A stretch of DNA of 63,804 nt, counting the filler, from Octopus bimaculoides (lineage: Eukaryota): NCBI RefSeq assembly GCF_001194135.2. It is 6 parts of 6 records of this genome, joined end to end, with 100 filler letters (N's around TTAATTAATTAA, not from the genome) between each part and the next. Parts side by side here need not be neighbours in the genome. Positions count along the whole stretch, not along the records: positions 1 to 7,934 come from NW_026329986.1; positions 8,035 to 25,771 come from NC_068993.1; 4 more parts are not named here. One strand, 5' to 3'. Position 1 is the first letter of the stretch. The number at the start of each line of letters is the position of its first letter. The translations under genes were made by a program, and so were the position numbers. The notes under the pieces were generated by a model. It made no database searches. It had not been told where the DNA came from and saw only the letters and a program-made list of their open reading frames with translations. Below are positions 1-13,429 of the stretch, piece after piece.

Positions 1-81
1 ATATATATATATATATATATATATACGTATATATATATTTATATATATACATATATATACGTGTACATACATACATATATA

Positions 82-1002
82 TACATATATACACCTCGTT
101 CTGTCAGTGTAATTGAACAGCGATTAAACCATCTTTTGCATGAAAATTCTCGTCAAATGACAAGGGAACTCGCAGAGAAAACGAAATGCTATAGAGAAGC
201 ATTTTCATTCGATGGGAAATGTTTTGAAGTATGGAGCATAGGTTCCGCATGTTTTAAGTGACAACAACAAAAATCACCGAGCCACAATCTTCGCTGGTTT
301 GCTTGTTTGTCACTGCTCAACTCATGGATGCAAGCAACGATTTCTTTATCGCATCATTACTGGTGATGAGAAATGGTGCCTGTACATCAATATGAAGCAG
401 CGTAAGGAATGGCTTAACCACAGTAAACACGCAACACTGCGTGTGAAACAAGATTTTCATCCGTGTAAAACAATGTTGTGTGTATGGTAGGACTGGGAAG
501 GGATTATCCATTATGAATTGCTTGAACGGAACCAAACGGTCAATGCGGAACTCTATGTTTAACAGATGGAATAACTCAACATGTCTATTCAAGAGAAAAG
601 ACCTAATCAGCATCATTTTCTGCTGCAAGACAACGCCCACTTTCATATCACCAGTATGACCAAGGAAGCCATTCAAACACATGGCTGGGAAGTGCTGCCA
701 CACCCGCCGTACTCTCCTGATTTGGCACCAACAGATTTCCATCTCTTTCGATCTCTTTCAAATGCTATGTGTGGAGTTTCGTTCAAAACTGATGCAGAAT
801 TGAGCGCTTGGTTGGATCAATTTTTTGAGTCGAAACTGGGTGATTTCTACCAACGAGGTATTGAAAATCTTGTTGAATGTTGGGAAGAAGTTGTAGCAAC
901 AAGGGTGAATACACTGTTGATTAATTAGTTTGTTTTTTTTTATTAAACCTTTTAAAAATTCTAATTTTAAAAAACCGTTGGAACTTAGTTGCCAACCCAA
1001 TA
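82..1002 (+). mobile_element. Degenerate mariner (Tc1/mariner, DD34D-type) transposon, 5'-truncated, with right TIR
   Basis: Broken ORFs 299-490 and 581-928 carry the motifs GDEKW, KTMLCVW, LQDNA and HPPYSPDLAPTDFHLF, with internal stops and frameshifts. The terminal sequence ...GGAACTTAGTTGCCAACCCAA (to 1000) is followed by TA. Confidence 0.95.
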
Positions 1003-1536
1003 TATAAATACACACACTCACACACTGTGTGGTTTCTTGTGTGTGTTTGTGTATGCATGTGCGTGTGCATATGTGCGTGACTGTGTGTGAATATAATCTC
1101 AGTATATTACATTTCAGGATGCTGTCAATAGGAAAGACTTCTGCTTATAAAAGATTTCCTCAGAAAAACTGTCCAACTTATATTAGCATTGAAAAGTGGA
1201 CATAAAATGCTTATAGACGAAGTGATTATATAACATAGTTGTCATTGTATTCAGCTTACAGTTGTAATGTCCCGAGTTCAATTTGTCAATCCGGTAGCAA
1301 GTTGTCTCCTTACCCATGACACTTTTATTTTGCACTGCTGTTGCTCACTCAGCTTTAAAGAGAATAGCAGCCAAGGGTTGATGCAGCCCTATCTACCTAC
1401 TGCTGTTATATTATGGATGTTCTGTTGATTTGAGAGTGGATGGCACAAAATGGTTCTGTGCCTGCTTGTCAGTATATAGGCATCTAATAGGTACCTAAAA
1501 ACATTCATTTAGAAGTGATGGATGCTATTTCATGTG

Positions 1537-1690
1537 GTATGGCTGTGTGGGAAGAAGTTTGCTACCTAACCACATAGTTTTGGTTTCAGTCCCACTGCAC
1601 AGCATTTTGAGTGAGTGTCTTCTACTAAAATTCCAAAGATTATTGCGTGTGAATTTAGTAGACAGAAACTGAAAGAAGCCTGTTTTGCGT
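1537..1690 (+). mobile_element. tRNA-derived SINE family A, 5' half
   Basis: GGCTGTGTGG...TTCAGTCCCACTGC...GAAACTGAAAGAAGCC matches the fuller copies at 18251 and 57330. Confidence 0.8.
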
Positions 1691-1971
1691 GTGTGCGCAC
1701 ATACATGCATGCATGCATGTGTTACTGTCTTCTTGTCTTGACGTCATTTGTGAATGAGCGTCATAGTCCTCCATTTCCAATCTACCATGAAAACATGTTT
1801 GGCCATGGAGAAACATTACCTTGCTTGGAAAAAGATTAGGGTTGATTGGAAAATCTGTCATCTCAAGAAATTCCACCTGACCCAAGCAAACATCAAAAAT
1901 AGGACATTAAAACAAAGATGGATGTGTGTGTGTGTGTGTGTGTGTGTGAATGTGTGTCTGTCTGTCTGTGC

Positions 1972-2008
<37 letters not shown>

Positions 2009-2782
2009 AGACTTCAACTTGTATCACAGCTGCAACAATTCATGGGCCAGCCTTTTTTGTCCATAATATTACAGCCCACTTCATGATTTTTATTCAAAGA
2101 TGTATTTTCACGGGTCAAAATAGTAAAAACAGCAGATCTCAGTTCAGTCAGTGATCTGTGACAATGCAACTTTCAATACATATTATTCTCCACTCCACCT
2201 AACAACATTATTAAAATATTGAGTACTATTTCACATAGATATGCACCAGTTTTGCTTATGCGGTGTGCACATGTGTGTGGCAGGGACAGTGGGAGGCAAG
2301 ACTGTATCTCAAAGACACTTTCAGACCCAGAAATACTTTCAGTCTGTAAGGTTGCTGACCCACCTCAAGACAAGTACACTCCCACACGTCTGAGATAGTA
2401 CAGCTGCCACACACATTCTGCTTTAAATGAAAAAAAAAAATGTAATTTAACTCGTAATCAAGCCTAGACTCACCAATACGTCACAGCCATTAGCCTTCCT
2501 TCACCCCCCCTTCTCTCTCTCTATCTGCCAGACATGTAATACGCCATCCAAACCCACTTGATGTACTCACTTCTCTTCCTCTATCATCACATCAGTCTCT
2601 CACCCTCCAACCCCCTAACTAAGCACTTCCTAAGAACTGCAGCCCTCTGGAACTCTCTCCAACCCACACATCTTCCAAAATGTCAATCTACAAAAATTCA
2701 AACTGTATTTCAATCACATAAAACTTTAAAATAGCCTTTCAGTGTTGGGTGCCCTACCAAATTAACTAATAAAAATCTCGTA

Positions 2783-2836
<54 letters not shown>

Positions 2837-2872
2837 TACAAGTCCATCATATATATATATATATATATATAG

Positions 2873-2970
2873 CCTGGTGTTGCCATCCGGTTTCACCAGT
2901 CCTCAGTCAAATCGTCCAACCCATGCTAGCATGGAAAGCGGACGTTAAACGATGATGATGATGATGATGA
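2873..2970 (+). mobile_element. Retroposon 3' end with (GAT)n tail
   Basis: ...CCCATGCTAGCATGGAAAGCGGACGTTAAAC followed by (GAT)n; the family (RTE-like) is inferred. Confidence 0.5.
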
Positions 2971-3039
2971 TATATATACATATACACACACATATACATA
3001 GGTATGTATGTATGTATCTATGTACGTATGCATGCATTT

Positions 3040-3073
<34 letters not shown>

Positions 3074-3263
3074 TGATTTTGATATGTGAGCACCCAATCA
3101 AGTAGCCATCCTATTTGCTGAATTAGTGTGCTAATTGGCTGAGTATTCCACAGATCCATAGACACATATATCCTCAATGCAATCAAATTTGGGGACCTTG
3201 GAGATGCAATGTAAACTTCTTAACTATTCAGCCATGCTTGCATCAATATGTATGTGTGTGTGA

Positions 3264-3308
<45 letters not shown>

Positions 3309-3344
3309 GATGCATATACAAATATGTATATATACAGAAATATA

Positions 3345-3386
<42 letters not shown>

Positions 3387-4810
3387 ATAATAAAAATTAT
3401 TTCATTTTCTGAAGAATATTACTAATAAAAATTGTATTTCAACTAAAATTTGTAAAAATTAGTCCTGTGACCATTTTAGGTATTCGTATTAGTACCCAAC
3501 AGTTAGAGCTGGTTAACGTATACAATTTTTGTGTTTGTATACATATATGTATGCTTGTATTTGAACATGAATGCATGCTTATATGTGTGTATATGCATAT
3601 GACTATGTATGTTTGTATGAGTGTTTGTGCATGTGTGTGGAATATACATACATTACAAATTGAATAATTGAACCGAAAATGTCTGATTGAAACTTCACTT
3701 TCATACTACTAATTAAGAGCTTTTGCTTTTAATCTAAATGGAAATTTATTTCCCACCAGGAGTCTCCTTATCCATTGAAATTTTATTAGATTATATAAAA
3801 AAATATCTTTTTTAAATTACATAAAAAAATATTTTTCTTTTATATGGTGTATAGGAGAAAAGACGATGTAAGGAAGGATACAAAAATTAAAATATGAAAG
3901 GAATAATTAATAATTAAATGTAAATCAAATTCATAGCAGAAAAAAATTTATTTACATATCTTATTGTTTTAATTTTTGCTGTTCCAGAAAAATATTTTCT
4001 CAGAATACCACTTGCTGTTCTTTTCTCAAATAATGATCGCTCCCTTGGTGCCCCCACCACCACCACCATCCTTCTTCACATCTGACTGTTTTAAATGTTA
4101 AGATTTTTTTTTTTAATTTTGCGATATACTTTAATGTATTTGTGTCTTCTATTTTCCCTTTCTTCTTTGATATTTTCTACTTATTGGCGAATTTAATAGT
4201 TCAAAAATTGAATAAAGAATGTCTAAAATTGCAGACGACATTTTAAATGTCGTGCATGGCTAATCTAAATGACCAGATATCAACCCGTATTACTTCCACA
4301 TACTTTAAGCAATAAATTAATGAATGAGTTAATTTACATTGATCAGTTTTCGAATGCTTGCTACGTTATACATTTGTTTATAAACTCGAAGAAACTTTTT
4401 AAGATATTTTTCACAAAAGAATTACGCTTTTATCATTGAATAGGAAAATAGTTTTGTTTTATTATATTTTTAAAGTTCTCTAATTGCTTTATAAATCAAT
4501 AATTGAAGCATAAAATGACTTTATATAGAAAACTAATCCATATCACTCTGAATAGATATCGCTGCGAATAGTTATCTCTACAAATGTATCGATATATCTA
4601 CGATTAAATTAACTTAAACTAAAAAATCATGCTGTAAAGAAATTTATTGACATTTATAAAACGAAAAACGGTACTCTTGAAATATTCATATAATATTACG
4701 ATAATTTCTCGACACATAATGACTAAAAGACCAATTCTTTTGCGAAAGACACCATTGAAGAAGAACATGAGGACAGAAGAGAGGAAGATGAAAAGTTTGG
4801 CAGAACTTAC

Positions 4811-4894
4811 CGCTTCTGTTTTCTCAAATCGCACCGCTAGTAAAATTAGCAAAATGCTGAAAGCAACACACTTGGCTAAAGGCTTTCCGTCCAT
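4811..4894 (-). CDS. First coding exon of an unidentified secreted or membrane protein (MDGKPLAKCVAFSILLILLAVRFEKTEA)
   Basis: ATG at 4894, 28 codons with a basic n-region, a hydrophobic core and a TEA end, followed immediately by a consensus GTAAGT donor (phase 0). Downstream exons were not resolved. Confidence 0.65.
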
Positions 4895-5121
4895 TACAAT
4901 TTTGTTTATAAATTGATTAAAAAAGTATCTATCCTTTCTTCGAAGTTAATATTTAACATCATCCAGAAAAGAAAAGTCTTAGCCGCAAACCTTGAGAAAG
5001 TTTCTTTTGCCAAAGCTCGAGACGTACATCAGATACACACCTCCATGTTGTCTCAAAACGGAGGCTGATACATCGTAAACGATGAGAAGCAATTCGGCGA
5101 CTCCTCCGTCGCTCCTTGGCT

Positions 5122-5731
5122 CCGCCCACCACCTTCGGAACGGCGCTTATTGTTTTATTTATTTCTTTTGCTATATTATACAATTTAATATTTATTACTA
5201 AATGTAACTAATTTTAAATAGTTACATGGATATTTAACAAATCAATATATTAGAATTATATTATTCAAATAATTTATCAAAATTAAGTTTTGTTTATTTT
5301 TGTTGCGTCAGTCACATCAATTGGTTAACATACATACATAAGAAAAACGAGTTTTTCTACAGTAAATGAAGGTCATTCCTACTGGCATATGTTGCTAAAA
5401 TAACATTAAATCAACGAATATAAAATTCATTCATTCATCCTTTTAAATCTTCCTGACAGACAAGAAGGAAATGATACAAGTCCAGTGGTAATACACAAAT
5501 ATTTTATTAAGATGTAAAATATTATAGTTAACAATGAATAATTTTCTTTCTGCAAACCTACATATCCAACTTTAGTTTCATAAAATTTTTATATTTTTAA
5601 ATAATTTAGTTTCTTAATGAATTTTTGAGTGAAGTTTGGTAACCTGTTGTTTTTTGTTTTTTGGTTATTTTTCGTAGCTTTGCTTAGCAGCTGTCTTTTA
5701 GCAAAGCCGGGGGTTTCTTGTAGCTCCGCCC
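5122..5731. promoter_or_regulatory. Putative bidirectional promoter region with two GC boxes
   Basis: CCGCCC at 5122-5127 and 5726-5731, each in a locally GC-richer patch, lying between the divergent ATGs at 4894 (-) and 6010 (+). Confidence 0.4.
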
Positions 5732-6009
5732 ATCAATTAAATCAGCGGACTTGCAGTAACTAAGAGAGGCATACTGAAGTAGTTTTCTTGAGGTGAGTGA
5801 ATCTATGGCTGAAAGTAGCGAGTGGTAAAAGCTGTTACTTTTACAAGCCTAGCTGAATCTTGTAGGTGCCATTTTTCCACTTTGCTACCCACGGTGGTGT
5901 GCAAGTGGAAGAATTTGAGATTAAAGTTAAGTGAAGACGGCAATCTTTTACATCAAATATTTAGTGTGAGAACTGCTGAAATCTCCGATGTTATTAGAGA
6001 GCTGCCAAA

Positions 6010-6044
6010 ATGTATTACCAAATTAACAAATTATTACTTTCAGG
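6010..6044 (+). CDS. Coding part of an exon (5866-6044) of an unidentified plus-strand secreted protein; start MYYQINKLLLSG
   Basis: Acceptor tcttgtag|5866, ATG at 6010 and donor AGG|GTAAGT at 6045. An upstream donor GAG|GTGAGT at 5793 suggests a non-coding first exon. Confidence 0.6.
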
Positions 6045-6579
6045 GTAAGTTCTTTTACTTCATACATTGAAAATATAGTTTTAAAATTATATATATGCAT
6101 CTTTTTTTTTTAAGGATTTAATTTATTATCTTCAGCACTCTGCGTAAACCACCATCATCATCGTTTGCATCATCTTCACCATACCACAATCAATATCACT
6201 CTTTTCTTCCTCATCATTTTCCTCATCTTCCCGATCCCTGACATATTCAACATTTTCATCATTATCAACACCATCATTATTATCATTATTCTCATCATCC
6301 TCATCAGCTTCATCTCCATCATTATTATCATCAGCATCATACAGATATACAAAGTTTCTATTGTCATTGAAAAAGAAGGTGGGATTGATGCCGTCAGTTG
6401 CAGTAATATAGATGATGTTGATGATGATGATGATGGTGGTAACAGGGTTAAGGGTGAGGATAACGTAATTATTAAAAATGTAATTAATAATTAAAGGAAG
6501 ATGATAATACTGATGATGAGAGAAATATAACAAAAGAGGTGAAAAATATTCATTCTCGTTTGTCTTTCTTCAACTTTAG

Positions 6580-6625
6580 GTACCTCCTGCTACTCATCGT
6601 TATATCACACAGTACCGTTAATTCT
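6580..6625 (+). CDS. Next coding exon completing the signal peptide (YLLLLIVISHSTVNS)
   Basis: Pyrimidine-rich acceptor tctttcttcaactttag|, 46 nt, donor |GTAAGT. It joins in frame to 6044 to give MYYQINKLLLSGYLLLLIVISHSTVNS. Confidence 0.6.
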
Positions 6626-6721
6626 GTAAGTACTACAACCGTATTCTAAATTCTTCCTTCAGATATTCTCTCAAAAATGTTTCCATTTTATATGTAATAT
6701 ATTTAGGAAAGTCTATCAACT

Positions 6722-6762
<41 letters not shown>

Positions 6763-7739
6763 CTCTCCTTATTCTATATCCTTACTCTTAGTTTCTCAAT
6801 ATCTTATTCTAATCTCTCTCATTCTTCACCATATCTTTATTTCTCCGTTTTTAATAATCTAAAGAAGATCGGGAAAAAAAACCCCACTAAAAGACAATTG
6901 TCAACTCTCATGTTAAAAATAACTAAAAAAAAAAAAAACTACTTGGGCAAAATGTTCCCACGTTTTATTTTTAATCAGAATTATTTATCCTTTTAAATCA
7001 GCTGCCAGTAATTTATTTAGTTTATTTTCTGTATTTGGCTGAGACGAAAAAGAAATTAATTTATCTAACTGATGATATTTCTTGGTAGAACGTAGTATAA
7101 ATTACACGTTCAACTAAAGCCCTACCCAAAATCGGCTCTATAAAAGGAGAAAGAAGAAAACTACACCAAAACTGTCATAGGAACATATTTTACGAACAAC
7201 AAGGGAGCATTCATTTTTCTATTCGCAACTGTCAAAAGCTGCGAATGAGTTTTTTTTTTTATTTTTTAATTCACTCTCTGCGTGCCATTTCCTGATGGGC
7301 GTTATAAAAGTTATCAGCAACTGAGATTTCTAGATGAGAATCGAAGAAGAGAAATACCCTGCTATTTCAATGGATTACACATGTTACAGTATTATTTCAG
7401 TATTATAATGGTGTATTATTTTCATTAAAAGAAATAGTATTTCTGAAGATTTAAGATTCTACCATTTTATAATATATCATATTTTGCATATATATAGGTC
7501 TATACATGTGTGTGGGGGGAGGGGGAGTGTGAAAGCGTATGCAGAGCCGTTTTGCAGAGGTGTTTCGTTCCTCATAGTTTGGACTAATGTGAAATTCCAT
7601 AATGTGAAACATAATTCTGATTGGTTCCCATGGAGCATGGAAGTGAATGGAATTTTGTTCCGTAATATAGCATATATATAAATATATAAGTAGATATGCA
7701 GACATTATATACAATATACGCACCAACACACACACACAT

Positions 7740-7785
<46 letters not shown>

Positions 7786-7898
7786 GCATATGTATACATA
7801 CATATATATATATACATGCATTTATATATGCATATATGCATATATCTATATCCATATATATATATCCATATACATATATATATATATACATATACATG

Positions 7899-7934
<36 letters not shown>

Positions 7935-8036
7935 NNNNNNNNNNNNNNNNNNNNNNNNNNNNNNNNNNNNNNNNNNNNTTAATTAATTAANNNNNNNNNN
8001 NNNNNNNNNNNNNNNNNNNNNNNNNNNNNNNNNNGA

Positions 8037-8230
8037 GAGACATGCAAGACATGGATGCGGAGGTCTTCAAGACAAAACTTGACGCTTTCCTCTCCACGAT
8101 ACCAGACGAACCAATGGCTCGTAATGAGACGCGATGTCAAATTCTCTTATACACCAGATGTGCCATCAAAACTCTTGATTGGACCATATCAGGTGGGGGA
8201 GAAGAGCCATGCAAGGAACGTGAAGAGAGC
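8037..8230 (+). mobile_element. CR1/L2-clade LINE 3' fragment
   Basis: QDMDAEVFKTKLDAFLSTIPDEP is a typical RT C-terminal end and is near-identical to the peptide at 26340-26530. Confidence 0.75.
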
Positions 8231-8369
8231 AAAGCGTAAAGACAGAAAATGACGGTGGTGCTCCAGCATGACCGCAGCCACTTGGCTGAAACCCATAAAT
8301 AAATAAAAATAAATAAATAAATATACATACATATCTATAGATAAATATGTGAACGTGAAGTAAAGTGTT

Positions 8370-8470
8370 TTTCTCAAGGATACAATGAGCCGCCGGGAAT
8401 CGAACTCACGACCTTTACGATCGTAAGCCTAATACCCCCCTAACCCCCAAGCCACACACACGCCTTCATA
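8370..8470 (-). mobile_element. tRNA-derived SINE head fragment
   Basis: The minus strand reads GTGGCTTG...GGTCGTGAGTTCGATTCCCGGCGG (A/B-box-like). Confidence 0.55.
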
Positions 8471-9426
8471 TTAGCATTGTGCTACCTACTGAGTGGGACA
8501 AAGCAATATTCTGACAAACAATCAGGTGTTACTTGGATTGCATCCGCTATCAAAGTGCTGGTATATAATTCCCAAAACCTTCCTGATCACTAGAATGAGC
8601 ATCTAACACGTATCATATTAAAAGTCAGCAACTGCTGGACGGACCACCACCAAATATCCTCTAGCACTCGCCCCAAAGTTATATCGACAGTGGAGCTTTG
8701 GATGCGACTAATCTTGGGGGATGAAGCAATATTAAGTAAGTTTCTTGCAATATTTCTGCTAATCTGGTCGGCAAAGTAAGCATTGTTATGTTTATGCTAA
8801 TGACCATCACGTCCTATTTCAGGAGATGTATCTCAGTGATTTGCGGGTGAATAGCAGTGTGTGTGAGTGTGTCTCTAAATTCGAATCCCCATGACTAGGC
8901 AGCTCTAAATGATGTTTAAGAGCTATCCATGTCATTTGTCGGTCACTAATAGGGTCTAGAACCCCAGTAATAGGACAACATTTCCAACACAATCTTTCTA
9001 AATATCTCGTATTTCCGTGAAAAAACAACCATTGCAGTTTTCAAGGTTATCGATGGAGAGGAGCTAGATATACGTCTAGCACACTCAGAACTTTATCTAA
9101 GTGCGTATGGAGCTCAACTTCCCGGCACTAGCAACCAATGTACGCTCCATGAAAGTTCCTGGTGAACCTACTGGAAATACACTCTCAGCAAAAGAATCTA
9201 GAGATATACACGCTGTGCTAAAGAATTTAGATCACAGCTCTCTGTATATTTCGAAATCACGTGGTCCAAAGGTATCAGTCTTGGAGATGCAAAACACGTT
9301 CTTATATTTTCTTCACTCTTGGAAACATGCTTCCATCGAAATATTGGGGTTTCAAAGGCTTTAAAGCAAAAGTTTAATCTACATTTTATATCACAGCGTT
9401 TTTCTCATATTTTGCAATGCGCTCTT

Positions 9427-9427
<1 letters not shown>

Positions 9428-9509
<82 letters not shown>
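9428..9509. repeat. (CT)n microsatellite
   Basis: Seen directly in the sequence. Confidence 0.95.
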
Positions 9510-9513
<4 letters not shown>

Positions 9514-10485
9514 ACAATGACGTTGGATTTGTCTGGGTTGATGTATGAACTCTCATTTGTTTGAAACCTTGTTTGTTTAAATTTTTGCCTGAAGACGGTG
9601 GATTATATGTGGGTCTTAAAATTGCTTGGAGACACAAGGCGCGTTATAAAAAGATGCCAAGGCACGCGTCTACACAGCAAGAAACTATTAGTAGCTCTTA
9701 TCTTTATGCTGTATACATTATACATACATATATGCATACATACATATAGATAGATAGATAGATTGATAGATAGATAGATAGATAGATAGATATACATATA
9801 TGCACATACAGAGGCACGCATGCACACACACACATACGTACACACACACACATACACATGCTACAGCCTGTGTGGGCGTATGTTGTTATACGCATAAGCA
9901 AATACGTATGATAACAAAATAACTTTTCTAATTCATTATATATTCAGAAATCATTTGCTCTATTATCATCGTTTAGCTTTCTCTGCTGTTTTTCATATTT
10001 ATATATTTTATAATCATCTTTTACTCTCAAACCTGCAAGTGGAACTTATGCGCAGCACTTGATGCACCATGCATAGCGTTATAAACAATTTTCTATTGCT
10101 AGGAAACTCTTAAAGTTAATTGATTGGTCACATCAACTGAATGCATATCAATATATCCAACAGCCCATAAGATGATCGTACATAATAGTTCTTATCAATA
10201 TATTAATATGTAAGTAGCGCAGTTGTATACCGTGCATGTGTATATATGTTTGTAAACATATATACATATACATGTATATATGTATATACAAATATATCTA
10301 TATATTACGTGTTTTATCTATATGTGTGTGAGTGTGTGCGTATATGTGTGTGTGCATGTTAAAGTATGTCATATATATATATATATATACACTTATCTAT
10401 AGATAGGTAGATAGATAGATAGATAGATAGATAGAAAGAAAGAAAATTTACACGTACGCCCAATACATAGATTTACATGTACATG

Positions 10486-10539
<54 letters not shown>

Positions 10540-10549
10540 NNNNNNNNNN

Positions 10550-10598
<49 letters not shown>

Positions 10599-11649
10599 TT
10601 GTGTGTAAGAAATGGTTCATACAGCTTGAAAGAAGGAAACAAAACCATCTTCGGAAAATTCATTGCCTTATGAGACTGAAATCTAGACATGCGCATTGAG
10701 TACGTCGTATCAAATTGTGTTCTTACCTTTTTTTTCTGTTTCAACGGAAGAAATATACAACAATTCTTCCCTCCTCCTCTTTTCTCACTTTCTCTCTTTC
10801 TCTCCCCTCCCCCACACCTACATATATACATACATGTACATGTATGCATGTATTTATGTATGTATATATGTGTGGATATATANNNNNNNNNNNNNNNNNN
10901 NNNNNNNNNNNNNNNNNNNNNNNNNNNNNNNNNNNNNNNNNNNNNNNNNNNNNNNNNNNNNNNNNNNNNNNNNNNNNNNNNNNNNNNNNNNNNNNNNNNN
11001 NNNNNNNNNNNNNNNNNNNNNNNNNNNNNNNNNNNNNNNNNNNNNNNNNNNNNNNNNNNNNNNNNNNNNNNNNNNNNNNNNNNNNNNNNNNNNNNNNNNN
11101 NNNNNNNNNNNNNNNNNNNNNNNNNNNNNNNNNNNNNNNNNNNNNNNNNNNNNNNNNNNNNNNNNNNNNNNNNNNNNNNNNNNNNNNNNNNNNNNNNNNN
11201 NNNNNNNNNNNNNNNNNNNNTATATGTATATATATATATGTATGTATATATCTAATATTAAGGCACGGATACGGATACAGATAGAAGTTAAGACTTCGCC
11301 ATTTTCGTATTTTCGATTGCTTTGATGCAATTTCAACCAAATCGCTTTTTCCAAAAAGGAATCTGGACAAAATTTTAGACTTCTTTGCTTTGACCTTACT
11401 CCAACGAATTCTAATGATACCTTCTTTTGAATGCCAATGCATACTTTTATCATTGTGTCTTTTATAAGCATAGAGACAGTACTTTGGCAAAATGTGTCGC
11501 TTCCATTTTGGGAAATAGAAGGAAGCGAAAAGAGAAACAAGAACCAATCAAATGTAAGATGTGCAATCAAAGTGTGAATTGTAAGAAAGTTTGAAAAAAT
11601 GACCGAATGATAGGGTAAATTAAAAGGAAGGTAGTATTAAAGAATACGA

Positions 11650-12530
11650 GAATCAAAGTAGACAGGAATATAGGAATAGAAAAATTGAAATAACATAGAA
11701 ATAATATGACAAGGGAAAGAAGGTAGGAAAGAAAGGAAGATTACAAGAGAAATGCGTAAGAGGGAAAAATAATAAAACGGTGATGCTCAGACGGTCGAAC
11801 GCACAGACGAACGGAAGGAAGGAAGGAAGTGGGAATGATGATGGACAGGAAGAAAGGAAAGAAATGGAGGAATGCCGGACGAAATAAGGAGTGAAACAAT
11901 AAACGATGACAAGAAGAACAAAGGATGGAATGAGAGAAGGAAAGAAGGAAGGAAGGTATAAAGGTGTGACGGAAGAAGGGAAGAAAGGACAAAGGAATAA
12001 CAGAAGCATGGAAGAATACACGATAGAAGAGACGGGAGGAATAACGGAAGGACGAAAGCAAATGATGTAATAATGATGCATAGAAGGAGGAAAATGGTTG
12101 CGGATGATTTTAAATGAATGAGTGCGAAAGAAGAAGACAGAAGGAAAAGAAAGAACAAGAGCGTTAAGCAAACAAGTAAAAAAGTTCTTAAAAAAAGATG
12201 GAAAATAAATGGAAAACTATGGAAGAAAAAAACAGAAGGAAATGTAAAAGGCAAGAAAGAAAATACGGAAGAAGGAAGTAAAGAAATGTAAGATAGGAAG
12301 GGAGGAAGAAAAGCGAAAAGAAAGAAAAAAGAATGAATGAGAAAATGAAAAAAAGGTAAGCTAGAGAGAAAGATGAATCAAATAGAAGAAATAAAATATG
12401 TGAATAGAAAACAACATGGAAAAACTAGAAAGACAAATGCAACGGAAAAGAAAGGTTAAGAGACAATGAAAGCAAAGAAAAAGAAAAAAATGGTAAAAGA
12501 AACGAAAGAAGGAAAAAAAAACTCAAGAAG
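11650..12530. repeat. Purine-rich low-complexity tract (AAGG/GAA-derived)
   Basis: The plus strand is strongly enriched in A and G; the F/L/S/P-rich minus ORFs are a by-product. Confidence 0.85.
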
Positions 12531-12729
12531 AAAGACAATCATTTGGAATTAGGAGAAATTGGAAAGAAGTGTAAGGAAGAATAAAGGAAGCAAGTTGTAA
12601 AGGATTGTTCCAAATATGGACGGCTGGATTGGTTTGGGAGTTGATAAAAGGAAAGGGTCGCAGTTTGGGAGTTAAAAGTTGAAGATGTATGAAAGAAGAG
12701 GATATAAGGATTAGAAAGACAAAGGGTGT

Positions 12730-12771
<42 letters not shown>

Positions 12772-13042
12772 GAGAGAGAGAGAAAGGAATGGACATGTAG
12801 ACAAGCAAGCCGACTTTCAGACAGAAAGATACGCAGACGATCACATGTGTGAGAAAGAGAGAGGGCGATAGACTTACACACATATTTAATATATATANNN
12901 NNNNNNNNNNNNNNNNNNNNNNNNNNNNNNNNNNNNNNNNNNNNNNNNNNNNNNNNNNNNNNNNNNNNNNNNNNNNNNNNNNNNNNNNNNNNNNNNNNNN
13001 NNNNNNNNNNNNNNNNNNNNNNNNNNNNNNNNNNNNNNNNNN

Positions 13043-13075
<33 letters not shown>

Positions 13076-13367
13076 ATATATAATATGTGTGTATATGTAT
13101 ATATGTATCTGTATATATGAACATATATAAATATACTTTATATATATATATATGTATATATATATGTATGTATGTATATATGTGCATACATAAATACATG
13201 CATTCAAATATGTCTGTGCGTATATGTGCGTGTGTGAGTGTGTGTGTGTGCGTGTGTATATTTATGCACACAGACTCGCATGCGTACATGTACATATACA
13301 TACAGATAAATAGCTAGACAGACAGATATACAGATAGGTAGGGGGTAGGTAGATAGATAGCTAGAAT

Positions 13368-13429
<62 letters not shown>

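Noticed and set aside
1311-1494. Possible second exon for the gene starting at 4894
   Set aside because: The in-phase reading stops after 27 codons, well upstream of the next donor, so it is unsupported.
6132-6533. Acidic D/N/E-rich 133-aa minus-strand ORF
   Set aside because: It is a decayed (ATC/GAT)n tract lying in the intron between the plus-strand exons, with no convincing splice sites.
11270-11570. Two overlapping open minus-strand frames of about 90 codons
   Set aside because: No recognisable motif and no coherent acceptor/donor pair; compatible with chance next to a purine-biased tract.
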